DNA of 64,000 nt. It comes from Octopus vulgaris (lineage: Eukaryota). Of the stretch, positions 12,763-27,859 are shown piece by piece (the first letter of the stretch is position 1; each line of letters opens with the position of its first letter). The notes under the pieces were generated by a model that saw only the letters and a list, made by a program, of their open reading frames with translations, had not been told where the DNA came from and ran no database searches. A program made the translations under genes and the position numbers. Location of the stretch: NCBI GenBank assembly GCA_951406725.2, contig OX597816.1, forward strand, positions 15,996,001 to 16,060,000, given 5' to 3'.

Positions 12763-15700
12763 CATGCATACATATATACATATACATACATACATACAGA
12801 CACACATACATACATACACACATGCATACATACATACATACATACATACATACATACCTATATATATATATATATATATATACACCATTCGCCATGACTG
12901 ATCACTAGCCACTAAACAAGGTGGACAGAAAAAGCATTTCAAAGATACCCTCAAAGTTTCACTGAAGACCTTTATGATCAACCCTGATACCCGGAAAACA
13001 CAAACACAAGACCACCATGCTCGGTGAGGCAGCACTAACAGAAGCGCCACCTTCTATGAACAGAAGAGGATTGCAGGAGCACAAAGAAAACATGAACGGT
13101 ACAAGTCCAGAGCCAACTTCTTGCCTTGAGTCCCAGTAGACTACCAATGCGATCCGCTTTCCATGCTGGCATGGGTTGGACAGTTTGACTGAGGACTGGC
13201 AAGTCGGAAGGCTGCACTAGGCTCCAGTCTGATTTGGCAGTGTTTCTACAGCTGGATGCCCTTCCTAATGACAACCACTCCGAGAGTGTAATGGGTACCT
13301 TTTACATGCCACCAGCACAGGAGCTAGTCAAATGGCACTGGCATTGACCATGCTCGAACGGTCCTTCTTACATGTCCCCAGTAAGGTGCCAGTCAGGTGG
13401 CACTGGCATTGGTCATGCTTGAATAGTGCTTTTTACATGCCACTTGCACGGGTGCCAATCAGGTAGCACTGGCATCAGCCATGCTCGAACGGTGCTTTCT
13501 ACATGTCACCGGCACAGGAGCCAGTCAGGCGGCACTGGCATATATAGATATATATTTACATAAACACACATAAACGCACACACACACACAGTGCTTTCTA
13601 CATGTCACAGGCACAGGAGCCAGTCAGGCGGCACTGACATATATAGATATATATTTACATACACACATATATACACACATAAACGCACACACACAAACAC
13701 ACACACACACGCACACAAACACATGTGTGTACTCATCTGCATGTGTGTAAATTCTGTGCTTATATTCAGTGGTTCATTTGATAAAATGCTGACTTTCTGA
13801 TGGCCTTGTTTGTTTATATTTGACGATTAACAAATCAGTTGCCTGCTTGTGTGTCTTTGAAGTTGAACAGAAAGAAAATTCACAATATTGTAAAACATGG
13901 TTAGCAACAGGATATCGTATTGTAACAATACCTCAATAATCCGTACTAGTTTAAAGCATTTGAAGATAGAATTACGGATGTGAAACAATCAATCAATCTC
14001 CCCTATCATTATCAAGTTGTCTTGTTCCTCAATGTATATATATAGATCGCCACGTTGAATCGCTAGCTTCTGCACGCATTTTTTTTCTCTCCTTGTTTCT
14101 CTCTGTGTTTCTTTTCTGTGTATCTCTCTGTTGAAGAGCGTAGGCTCGAAACGTAAAAGACTTGTTTTATTTATATTCCTGAGTGCCATACTAATACAAT
14201 TGTTTGTTTGTACTCCACCTGCCTTCGTCTTTTGTTTATTTTCATAAAGCTTCCTGTTATATATATAGTATCAAGGTAATTTTTGAATAAGGAAGTTTTA
14301 TATTTAAATAAGAGTAAAAATTCCTATCTTTTAAATCATGGGTCTATGCACAATGAAATTAATAGCATAAAGTGCTGATTTCATCAGAATTCTAAACTTA
14401 GAGAGAACGTGACATTGTTTTTTCCCATTTGAATATTTTTAACCCAGTATTTACATATTATTTAAAGCTTTAGGAAAAGTGATGAGCTGGCATACCAGAC
14501 AGAATGGTTTGTAGCATTTCTTTCAGCTTCATGTTCTGAGTTGAAATTCTGAGAGGTCAGCTTTGCTTTTCATTTTTTCTTTTGTTTTTTTTTTTTTGGG
14601 GGGGATGGGGTCAATAAAATAAGTACGTTTCAAGTAATGGGGATTGATGAAATTAACTAGCTCCTTTCCCCAGACTTTCAGGCCTCGTGCCTGCTGTAGA
14701 AAGTATTATTTATAGCTTTATGTACTTCAAGATCCCTTGTTCCAAAAAAGAGAATAATAATAATTAGTTTTGTTTTGAGAGAAACCCAAGTTAACAACAA
14801 TAATAGCTCCTGATCCAGACTCTCTTTTACTCTTTTACTTGTTTCAGTCATTTGACTGAGGCCATGCTGGAGCACCGCCTTTTTTTAGTCGAGCAAATTG
14901 ACCCCAGGACTTATCCTTTGTAAGCCTAGTGCTTATTCTATCGGTCTTTTTTGCTGAACCACTATGTTACAGGAACGAAAACACACCACCATCGGTTGTC
15001 AAGTGATGCTGGGCGGCAAACACAGACACACAAACATATACACACACACATACATACATATATATATATAGATATATATGATGGGCTTCTTTCAGTTTCC
15101 ATCTACCAAATCCACTCACAAGGATTTGGTCGGCCCGAGGCTATAGTAGAAGACACTTGCCAAAGGTGTCACGCAGTGGGACTGAACCCAGAACCATGTG
15201 GTTGGTAAGCAAGCTACTTACCACACAGCCACTCCTGTGCTTATGCGACTATTAAGATTCTGTAAAAACAACGGGAAGAGTACAGTGAAATTGTGGTGAG
15301 AAGTGGAATATCCATCATTCTGGATAGAATCCTTCTTAGGGGTAAAATTTATAGGACATTTTCAGCCATGTTTTCCAAATAATACAAGTCTTGCCAGTGA
15401 TGACCACCAAAAATCTCCTTGGATTCTGTTTTGTTTTTGAGTTTTCTAAAACTTTCTATTCAGGATAAAAATATTTGTCATATCCTATTTGGATTAGATA
15501 ATTACAGACGATAATGTTAACCCTTTTAGATTTCAAACTGGCTGTATCCAACCCAAATAATCTGTTTGTTTTATGGTCAAACCAGCCAGATCCAACCTCT
15601 TGCACACGCCCTAATATGTCATTCTGAAACTAAACAATTGCATTACTGAAATCATGAAGCTACAAGATAATACATGATTAATTCAAAACGATGAATGAAT

Positions 15701-18700
15701 AAGCATTAAATTTGACAGAATAATCTGAATGCTAAAGGGTTAATTTGATAGGGGAAAATCTGTCATCATTAAGATAGGAAAACAATGACTGAGAAGAAAA
15801 AAAACTCACTGATGTTGCAAATAGCCATCCAGCTGAATAAAAATTCATTATGTGCAACAGAAGCAGTAATGGTGGATTTTGTTTTTGCATGCAGTTACAA
15901 GTGTGTACATGCTACTGACAAAGTTAAAAAATGCAGAAATGCATACCTAGCATTCTTGCCAACACTGCTAATGGATAATTTTCATCTCTTACTCATAGAT
16001 TTTTGTGTTAGTTAACACAGTATGTCCATAAGAGATATTATCTCTGGATGAATACTGCAGTTAATTTGGATTTCCATAATGTGTTTGTATTAAGTATGAC
16101 TCATAGATTGCTATTTTAATCTGATACTATTTTGGTTGCAAATAATGGGTTATATATCGTCGCTGGTGCCACATAAAACACACTGGTGATGGTGCCACAT
16201 AAAAAGCATCCAGTACACTCTGGAAAGTGGTTGACATTAGGAAGAGCATCCAGCTGTAGAAACAAAACCAATAACAGACTATATAACCCAGTGTGGTCCC
16301 TAACCTTGTCAGCTCCTGCCAAACCATTCAACTCATGCCAGCTTGGGTTGAATGGTTTGACATGAACTGGCAAGCCAGAGAGTTGCACCGGGCTCAAATT
16401 GTCTGTTTTTGGTATGGTTCCTAGGGCTCGATGCTCTTCCTAATCCCAATCACTTTACAGAGTGTACTGGGTGCTTTTTACATAGTGCTAGGATGGGTGC
16501 TTTTTACATAGTGCAAGGATGGGTCCTTTTTACATGGCGCTAGGATGGGTGCTTTTTACATAGTGCTAGGATGGGTGCTTTTTACATAGTGCAAGGATGG
16601 GTCCTTTTTACATGGCGCTAGGATGGGTGCTTTTTACATAGTGCTAGGATGGGTGCTTTTTACATAGTGCAAGGATGGGTCCTTTTTACATGGCGCTAGG
16701 ATGGGTGCTTTTTACATAGTGCTAGGATGGGTCCTTTTTACATAGTGCAAGGATGGGTCCTTTTTACATGGCGCTAGGATGGGTGCTTTTTACATAGTGC
16801 TAGGATGGGTCCTTTTTACATAGTGCAAGGATGGGTCCTTTTTACATGGCGCTAGGATGGGTGCTTTTTGCATAGTGCTAGGATGGGTGCTTTTTACATA
16901 GTGCTAGGATGGGTGCTTTTTACATAGTGCAAGGATGGGTCCTTTTAACATGGCGCTAGGATGGGTGCTTTTTACATAGCGCTAGGATGGGTCCTTTTTA
17001 CATAGTGCAAGGATGGGTCCTTTTTACATGGCGCTAGGATGGGTGCTTTTTACATAGTGCTAGGATGGGTCCTTTTTACATAGTGCTAGGATGGGTCCTT
17101 TTTACATAGTGCTAGGATGGGTCCTTTTTACATAGTGCTAGGATGGGTGCTTTTTACATAGTGCTAGGATGGGTCCTTTTTACATAGTGCTAGGATGGGT
17201 CCTTTTTACATAGTGCTAGGATGGGTCCGTTTTACATAGTGCTAGGATGGGTGCTTTTTGCATAGTGCTAGGATGGGTCCTTTTTACATAGTGCTAGGAT
17301 GGGTGCTTTTTACATAGTGCTAGGATGGGTCCTTTTTACATAGTGCTAGGATGGGTCCTTTTTAAATAGTGCTAGAATGGGTCCTTTTTACATAGTGCTA
17401 GGATGGGTCCTTTTTACATAGTGCTAGGATGGGTCCTTTTTACATAGTGCTAGGATGGGTGCTTTTTACATAGTGCTAGGATGGGTGCTTTTTACATAGT
17501 GCTAGGATGGGTCCTTTTTACATAGTGCTAGGATGGGTCCTTTTTACATAGTGCTAGGATGGGTCCTTTTTACATAGTGCTAGGATGGGTGCTTTTTACA
17601 TAGTGCTAGGATGGGTGCTTTTTACATAGTGCTAGGATGGGTCCTTTTTACATAGTGCTAAGATGGGTGCTTTTTACATAATGTTTTCAGACATATAACA
17701 AAAAACAGCATTTGGGAGAGATACAAGACAGAAAAAAATCTCAATAATAAAAGATGAAATTATTCTTACCAAATATTCTTCAGTTCCAACAATAGAGTAC
17801 AATTCAGTGTCTTCGTCCATTATTTTAGCAGTACCAAAATCTGAAAGCTTATATATTTCCCTATAAAATAAAAAAGATGATACATAAATAATGTGGTTTA
17901 TGTCAAATTTAGAAGAGTTAAGATGAATAAATAAATAAAATATAGGTTCAGGCATGGCTGGCTGTGTGGTTAAGAAATTAGCTTTGCAACTGTAAGGCTT
18001 CAGGTTCCATCCCATTGTATAGCACCTTAGGCAAGTATCTTCCATTATAGCTTGGGCCAGGCAATGCTTTGTGAATGAATTTGATAGATGGAAACTGTGT
18101 GGAAGCTTTTCTTGTGTGTGTGTGTTTGTCTGAGTTTGTTTGTCTGAGTTTGTTTGACTAAAACACTTCAAGGCATTTGTCCCAGCATGGCCGCAGTCCA
18201 ATCATCATCATCATCATCATCATCGTTTAGCGTCCGCTTTCCATGCTAGCATATGATGGACTCTCTCGTTGTTAGACGATGTATAAGGGTTTGACAATTT
18301 CTTACCGAACAACCACACAGATGATTTGTTTATAGTGATCAGATGTTTGTGCAGACATAAGCTCACTCCCTCCATCAGATCGACATTACCTGTACAGGTG
18401 CACCATGTGCCACATGTTACATGTCGAAATGATTGCAGAGCAACATGAAATGAAGTGCTTTGCTCAAGAACACAATGTAACACCCGGTCTGGGAATCAAA
18501 CCCATGATCTCACAATCATGAGTGCAACACCTTAACGATATATATAATCATTATCATCATCATCATCATCATCATCATTATTTAGGATCTGTTTTCCATG
18601 CTAGCATGGGTTAGATGGCTTGCCTTTGGTTAAAGGTCTGTGGTGACTAAACAATTAACAATGACAATAACAACGACATCGACAACTAGAACCACAAACT

Positions 18701-21700
18701 CAACAACAATATCAATAACATGATCATCAACAACACCAACAATAACATCAACATCAACTTATAACACGAATATATTTCTTTACTACCCACAAGGGGCTAA
18801 ACATAGAGGGGACAAACAAGGACAGACAAACGGATTAAGTCGATTACATTGACCCCAGTGCGTAACTGGTACTTAATTTATTGACCCCGAAAGGATGAAA
18901 GGCAAAGTCAACCTCGGCGGAATTTGAACCCAGAACATAGAGGCAGATGAAATACGGCTACGCATTTCGCCCGGCGTGCTAATGTTTCAGCCAGCTCGCC
19001 GCCTTATAACTTATAACATGAATAACAATGTCAACAGCACCACCACCAACAATAAGAATAACAACCACAGACAGAACATGCATAAACAGGATTATGCAAA
19101 TGAATTTAGTATTAATTCAGAGGCTTAAAAAACTCAATTATATTTGCATGTGTGTAATTGTCTTTGTGTAAGTATATATGGAGCACTATGATGTGTGTAT
19201 ATGTAAGTACATGAAAAAGTGTAGTGTCAGACAACATGTACCTTTTATGTATGAGAATTAAAAATTTAATGTAACACACAAAAACTTTTGTTTCCAAAAA
19301 AAAACCAAAAAAAAAACCAGGTCAGATTGCATTTATATTCATTCCTTTTCTTCTGAGAGTTCACAGGAGATTTGCCGTAATATACTGAATCATTTTGTTG
19401 TCGTTCAAATACATAACAATGAAAGTAAGAAAACTTTATAATGTGAAATGAAAGAGAATCAGTTATAAATTCAAAATTAAGATGAATGTCTCACCAAAAT
19501 ACCGACAGTGATGAGAACAAAATCAGCTGAAACACAGAACCTACCAGTTTTCCTGCCTACCTTTAGAATAGACTCTCATGCACAGAACAATAAATTCAGA
19601 ATTTCAAATAAATGAGATGATAAAACACACACACACACACACACACACACGTAATCATCTCATTTTATATTCTACAATACATAATAAAATTTGATGCAGT
19701 TTTGTTTTAAGTTGAAAACAATCCAAGACGGGCCTTGATCTCACCTTTTAGGCTATTTTGGGAAAATATTCATGTAAATTTTTTTATCAAGTGAAGTCGG
19801 AATCGAAATTGAACCAATCCTATGACTGGCACCCGGCAGTTGCCAGTGCCGCTGGACTGACTCCTGTGCAGGTGGCAAGTAAAGAAATACCGTTTTGACC
19901 CTGTGCTTGAGGAGACTTATTGAGTCAAGTACACCAACATCAAAAATCAATGGAAATTGTAGTTGTGATCCCTGTGCCGGTGGCAGGTAAAAAGCACCAT
20001 CCAAACGTGGTCCGATGCCAGTGCCACCTTGACTGGCTTCCGTGCTGGTGGCATGTAAAAGGCACCATCCAAACGTGGCCGATGCCAGTGCCACCTTGAC
20101 TGGCTTCCGTGCCGGTGGCATGCAAAAAGCACCATCTGAACGTGGCCGATGCCAGCACCACCTTGACTGGCTTTGCCTTTCATCCTTTCAGGGTCAATAA
20201 ATTAAGTACCAGTTGCATACTGGGGTCAGTCTAATCGATTGGCCCTCTCTCCCAAAAACTTCAGGCCTTGTGTCTAGAGTAGAAAAGATTATTTATCTCT
20301 TCACAGCTACAACTGATTTCTTTTTCACTTGCTTCTAAATGAGAGTAGCCATGCAGCTCCCTTACAACAAGAGCCTGCCCTGCCCTATCCCTATCTCTGA
20401 GCCGTAAACCCACATCTGCTAGCACAAAGTCCCTCTCCTTGGGCTTCATAGGCTTACAAACTGCATGCCAACCTCCCTAGTGCTGGTAGCACAACAAAAG
20501 CACCCAGTACACACTGTAAAGTGGTTGACTTGAGAAAACCATAGCAGTTTCACATGAGCGATCTTTTAAGCAACCAATCAGCGTTAAACTATCATGAGAT
20601 ACAATCTTCCAAAATCTTTTTCTTGTGCCCTAAAGAAGGCTGCTTTTGGTGGTAATTTCAGAATGTTGAGGCAGCCATGCAATGTATCTCCATTTTTGTG
20701 ACACTCAGACGACCTAGGAGGACTGTTAAGACTGATAGCAGATAGATGACAGAAATCTCCATTGACATGGATATAGCACAATTGCTTCCAGTTATGTTGA
20801 GCCAGTCACACTTTGCTGTGTCAGTAAGCTTGCCATACACTCAAAGCAGTATATTGTATATCTCTCCCAGTATATAACCATTACTGTTGTTATTTGTAAA
20901 AGACCAACACAGTTTGACTATGTGCAATAATAACAATCTTCAGTTAAATGTTCACAGGTGTTGTCAGTTAGTTCTTCACGTAGTCCAGAAAATACATTTT
21001 CATTCATCACCACAGACCAATCATCATCATTCATCATTGTTCGACCGTGGTCGAGACAATGGAATTTACCATGCTACGCCAGACTTCACGGTCCATCATG
21101 GCATTACGGAGGTCCTGTTGCTGGATGCCTGTATCCCTGGAGATTACATCAGGGTAGGAGAGTGTGCGCCCTCTGGTATTGCGAGTAGATGGCTTCCAGA
21201 GGAGAAGAGTAGAAATTACCTCTTTTTCAGCTCTACAACAATGTCCAGCAATGTCCAGACCAATTATCACCTTAGATCATCCAACGAACACACACACACA
21301 CAACACTGTCAAACCATTCAAGCCATACTAGCTTAGAACAAGGATGTTAAATGATGATAAGGGCATCCAACTGTAGAAACCATGCCAAAATCAGACTAGA
21401 ACCTGGTGCAGCTCTCCGGTTCATCAGCTCCAGTTAAACTGTCTAACTCATGCCAGCACAGAGAGAGGACATTAAATGATGATGATGATATACATATATA
21501 CCTTCGAAACACGGAGTAGTCGAAACGAGCAGCTGAAGAAGGGGAATATTCTTTGTGTTGTATGTCTTGTTTGAAGAGGTCCGTTTCCCTATTTTTGTTT
21601 TTATGTTTTCGTTTTTCATTGTGTTCTATGTTTTTTTGGAGTCCTGTACCCATATATGCATGTATATATATACATATTGATGTAGGTATGTACAATAGGC

Positions 21701-24700
21701 ACAGGAGTGGCTGTGTGGTAAGTAGCTTGCTAACCAGCCTCATGGTTCCGGGTTCAGTCCCACTGCGTGGCATCTTGGGCAAGTGTCTTCTGCTATAGCC
21801 CCGGGCCGACCAATGCCTAGTGAGTGGATTTGGTAGACGGAAACTGAAAGAAGCCTGTCGTATATGTATATATATATATGTATGTGTGTGTATGTGTTTG
21901 TGTGTCTGTGTTTGTCTCCCCAACATCGCTTGACAACCGATGCTGGTGTGTTTACGTCCCCGTCACTTAGCAGTTCGGCAAAAGAGACCAATAGAATAAG
22001 TACTGGGCTTACAAAGAATAAGTCCCGGGGTCGATTTGCTCGACTAAAGGCGGTGCTCCAGCATGGCCGCAGTCAAATGACTGAAACAAGTAAAAGAGTA
22101 TATATGTATGTATATATGCATATGTTTTATTTATCAATTTGTTATCATATATATACACACACACACAAAACAAAATGTGCACAGAAACACACTCATATAA
22201 CAAATAAATTGAATGGGAAAAAAGGTAATACTCAAAAGAAGTTTGAATCTTTATGTAAGAAAATAATAGTTACCTTCCATTGACATCGATCGTCCGTAAA
22301 ATGTTGCTTGGTTTAATATCACGATGGACAATTTTGAATTGGCGGAGAATTTTCAATCCAGAATCTGCAGAAATGTGAAGAATTATGAATAAAAAATTGC
22401 TTTATACACATCTAATTACACTCACAACACATGCTCAACTAGGTGTGTGTGCGTGTGTGTGCAAGCATAGCTGTATGGTTAAGAAGTTCACTATCCCAAT
22501 CATCAGGTATTGGGTTCAGTTCAACTGTGTGGTACCTAGGGCATGAGTCTTCTATTGCAATGCCGGGCCAATCAAAGCTTTGTAAGAGAATTTGGTAGCT
22601 GGAAACTGAAAGCCCATCTCACACACACACACACACACATATATATTCACACATATATTTATGCATACATATTTGTCTGTCATCATTGTCATCATGAAAC
22701 ACATACACAAATATGTACAGGGTGTTTGGGCTAAATCTGAAAGTTTGTATTGAAGGAAAAGAAAATATAAGATTACAAGAAAAAATATGAAGGATTTTAT
22801 TTTTTTATAGAAAGAAAAGAATTAAAATATTTTAAAGTTAAGAACTAAATATAGTGGATCTTCAAATTTGTCTGAAAAGAGATTTCCTGTGAGAGGCAAA
22901 CCATGTGTTTCAAAATACAATATCTCATCAACTTGATTATAGCTAGGTAATAACAGTTTATTCAAAGTAGCTGTCCTCAGCTTCCACCATGGCCTCAAGA
23001 TGGCTCCTGAACCTTGCACATCTGTTCCTCACTGTGTCCCTGGGAAGATCCTTGAACACCTCTTTGATCTTAGCCACCAGCTCAGCGTTGCTGTTGCTGT
23101 TAAGAGAAGTTGGGGTGAAAGAGTACAACAGGGGTCACCACCACCTCCTGTTTGAGCCTCATGAAGCTTTAGGTGTTTTCGCTCAATAAAAACACACACT
23201 GCCCAATCTGGGAATTGAAACTGCGAGTCCGCTGCCCTAACCACTGGGCCATTGTGCCTCCTCAGCGTTTCTGTTGCAGGCAAAGCAGATGATATTTTTC
23301 TCAATTACACCCCATACATAGCAACCCATAGGATTACAATCAGGGGAATTAGGGGGCCCAGAAGATGGGGCTGGTGAAAATTGTAGAGATTCTCTGACAA
23401 CCACTTCTAACTCTTTCCAGAAGGATGGCAAGGGGCTGAATCCAGCAACCACACATATGGCCTTCTGCCAGCAGCCCTCTCCAGCCAGGATTTGACCACA
23501 GTTTTCAGAAGCTTCATGTAGCCATCTGAATTGAGCCAAAATCCCCCGTCTGCAGTTGTTGGTTGAATGCCTGCCATGTCCCTTCCAGCTGGTCACAGCT
23601 TCATAATCTCCATTGCAGCTGTTCATATCACGTCTTACATCTTTTGCAGTGTTCACGGAGTATTGAACAGCAATTATGATGACGGCATTTTGACACCCAA
23701 CACAACTAATCACGATAGAGATAGGTCTTTCCCAATATTCAAATGGTTTCCAATCCTCCATGTCAGCAAAAGTTTTCTCTACCACAGCTTTAATCTTAAT
23801 GCTCTCCAATGCCGTTGACAGTTTCCCAATATATCACGCAAATAAGTTACCAAAATATTGTAAAACTTTTGACTTAACACAATACTAGTGGTTGAAGTTT
23901 TGATAAAACGTCGTCGTCGTCGGCGTCGGCGTCGTCGTTTAATGTCCGCTTTCCAGCATAACATGAAAAGTATTACAAACAATTACAGTGGCAAATCTAA
24001 TCTGAGGAACTGCAACTTTAATGATAAGACTTACTGTCCATTGGAAGGTAATGTCTTGAAAAAGGAATTGTTTATAGAACTAAAGTACAAGTAGATGGCC
24101 CACAAAAATTGTTTTTTTAAATATACACAGGGGCTTCAGAAAATTCAGTCAAGACTCAATTCTGTTCCCACCAAAATTCTTTCCGAAACCCCAAGAATAG
24201 GACAGCAACTAGTCTTGCAAAGCATGTCTAGGAATTGAAAGAGAATGACACCCATCCTTTCAATGTAGCCTGGGAAATTCTAGAAAAAAGTATCATCATA
24301 CAGACATGGTTTTAAAAACTGGAGAGGAAAATAATAGATGGTTATAGATGGGGGTAGACGCGAATATAGTGAGAGGTGGACAGGAGTGGAGGTGCAACTT
24401 GATGGGTAGTTTCAGTATAGTTGGTACCTAAAATGTAAGAGATAAGAATGGCTGGAAGATAATAGTTCGGGAATTAGATGAGTACAGGAGCATTGGAGAG
24501 GTAGAATTTGAGATACATAATGGTTTGCTATAATGGGTGGAGACAGGCATAAGATGAGCATGAAAGGGCACTGGAAATGATAGCTGATAATGTGAGGTGT
24601 AAGATGAACCACAGTAGAAGATGGGGGGCAGAAAGCACATGGAAGGGATGATAATGAGAGTGAATGATGGAAGTGGAGGGAGAAAGAAAGGCAGTGATGG

Positions 24701-27700
24701 ATAACTCAAGGTGTTAGGGGATGTAACAAGAATTAATGAGGGATTTTGTTTGGGAGAAAGAGACAGGTGTGGAGATGGGATGCAGGATATAGTTGACAGA
24801 GCACTATTGGTGCAGGGACAGCATCCAACATGTACAAACATAGATGAAATGTTTATAGGACCTCATATTTGCCATTACAAATGGACCTTCTTGAGCCCTG
24901 CAAATTGCCAGGCATCTCAGTCCTTTGTCCCCTCTATTAGGGTCAGCATCTTAAGATCAGCCTTCAGTATTTTGTCCTATGACTTCCTAGGTCTCCTTCT
25001 TCCACAAGTTCCATCCAATTTAAGTGATTGGCACTTTGTTATACAACTGTCCCTCTTTCATACTTTTCACATGACCAAACCAGTACAGTCTTCTCTTTTG
25101 CACACTCCATCTGATTCCTCTTAAGCATAAATTTTCTCTCAGTATATTAGCACTTTGTCATACTTGCATGCTGATAATATACACGCAGATGAGTTTACTA
25201 GCTTCATTTCTCTCTTTGCATGTTCTCTGCATTCAGGGCCCACTTCTCACTACCATGTAGCATTACTGTTTCTACACAAGCATCATATAATCTGCCTTTC
25301 ATGCAGAGAGCGGAAAAGAAAGGGAGAGAAACCCTTTGTTGTCAACAGCGGTAAAAGCTCTCTTAATTTTCTCTATCCTATTCTTATTCTAATAACAATA
25401 TTTTTGGAATATTCTCCACTACTGCTAATTAGGTCACCCAAGAAACAAAAACTATCTACCACTCCAGGACATTCAAGAAAATCTATTTCTTATGTTCCCT
25501 TAGGGGTTATTGCACCTGTGCATCTTCCACATATATGTGCTATTTTCTCCATTAGCCTTCCTGTGATTCTGCTGCATCTCTTGTATTCATAACTTGCATT
25601 GAGTACATCATCATCATTGTTTAACGTCCGCTTTCCATGCTAGCATGGGTTGGACGATTTTGACTGAGGGCTGGTGAACCAGATGGCTGCACCAGGCTCC
25701 AATCTTGATTTGGCAGAGTTTCTACAGCTGGATGCCCTTCCTAATGCCATTGTATGGAATTCCTGCTTGTGCCTTTTCTACATATTAAGCAGGGCCATTT
25801 ACCTCCAGTGGGTAGAGCCATGTCTCTTTTCCTGTTTACTGTAACTTTGGCTTTTCTAAGCTAACTTTAAGGCTCTTTGATTCCAGGTTTTGCTTCCACA
25901 CCTGAAATTTCAATTCTGTTGCAGATTCTGCTATGAGAGCAAGATCATTATCATATAATACTTCCCAAGTGCTGCCAGTCTTAAATTCCTCTGTTATGAC
26001 CAGGAGGACAATGATAATGAGGAGGGGATTGAGAACTGACCCCTAGTGAATTCCTTCTTTCCATGCTGAACTTGTGTCTAACTCTTACATTACTGACTGT
26101 GTTTCTGTACAAGGCTTGTATGGCTTTCACAAGCCGTTCGTCTATCCCAATCTTCCTCAGAGACCACCTTACAACAGAGTGGGAACTCTGTTAAAGGCTT
26201 TCTCCAGGTCAATGAGTGTCAGGTACACTGGTTTACTCAGAGCTAAATACTTCTCCTGCAGTTGTCTAAGAAGATAATTTGAATAATACTTTTTCCTGGC
26301 ATAAGACCAAACAGCATCTCATGTAGTTGATTTCTGATTTTAATTTATTAGGCTATAACTCTCACTGTGACTTTCATGAACAGGTCCAGCAATCTGATAC
26401 CTTTGTAATTACTTCTGTGAAAGGCATCTCCTTTACCCTTGTAACAGCTGACTATTAAGCTGCAACACCAGTCATAGGGTTATGACACCATCCTGTCTAA
26501 CCTGATCAACTATACAGGTGATTAAAGTAAAGGTAACATTTCCTTTTTGTGTCATGCTGATTCATAAGGGCCAGTTTCCTGGTTTCCATGGTGTACAAAT
26601 TCCCCACCTGGATGAGACCCGAAATTCCCATCTGGATGGAATTCTGGTCCTTTGTAGGATTACTCATTTTTTCCAGCTGAGTGCACTGGAGCAATGTGAA
26701 ATAAAGTGTTTTGCTCAAGAACACAATGCGTCACCCGGTCCAGGAATTGAAACCACAATCTTACGACCATGAGTCCAACACCCTAACCACTAAGCCATGC
26801 ACCTCCACATACAGGTGATTAGACAATATCTCACTCGGTGCCTCTATTTCTATTTCAAGCATCTCAATAGTAATTCCTGATGAGCCAGGGGCTTCCCTTG
26901 TCTTCATATGCCTTATCTTTCATACTGCTGTTGATTAGGATAGCTGGTCCCTTTGTTGACCCTCTTTCTCTCATGCATTTTCCAAATTTAATAACCTAAT
27001 AATAATAAGAAATTGCATACTTATGTCCTTTAATAATCCAAGCAACTTTCTTTCAGAGAAACCAAATTTATTTTTTGGCTTTTGTAATTGATTTAAAAGT
27101 GTTCCGTGTTCTAAAAGTTCCATCACGATCACTGCTCGATCTGAGAAAAACTACGAAGAGAATAGAAAAACAAACAAAAAATATTTAAATAATAGTATTA
27201 TATTTGGATTTAATTAATGAATGGGAAATTAGTAACACCAGTGGCTCTCAACCACTTTTTACTGATGGAGTCCTTTGATTCCTATTTTACAAGGGTGGAC
27301 CCCTTTAAGTATTTGATGTTTAAAAAAACCTTATATTTTGATTATTAAATATTATTAGGAATTGTATTTAAAAAATAATTAAAATATTTTGTGTATTGTA
27401 GAAGTATGACTGATTTATAGCTCATAAATTATAATGACAAACTCTTATATGGGCCCCTAAGGGTTGTATAAAACCTCACCGAGAATCACTGAGTTAGATT
27501 GAGATGAGAAATATTAGAGATAATCTATAGTTTAGAATTGTATCAGCGTTAGATAGGATTTCCATGCAAACATGAAAAAAAAAACCCCAGATGTAATTAA
27601 GACTATGATAATGATGATGGTGGTGGTGGTGGTGGTGATAGTGGTGGTGGTGGTGGTGATGATGATGAAAAGCGGATGTTAAAGGGAGAGTAATGAAGCA

Positions 27701-27828
27701 TAAAATGGAGGGAATGTGTGTATGTGTGTTTGACAGAGGGTCATATTTCTAGGAGCGAAAAATTGTTCTCATCTACCATATGTGATGAGTGTGTGTGCAT
27801 GTGTGTGTGTGCATGTGCACGCGCGCGT

Positions 27829-27859
<31 letters not shown>

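Noticed and set aside
21500-21550. Permuted hammerhead-like CCTTCGAAAC...CTGAAGAAGG
   Set aside because: Cannot form convincing stems I and III; a similar degenerate case occurs at 12320-12370
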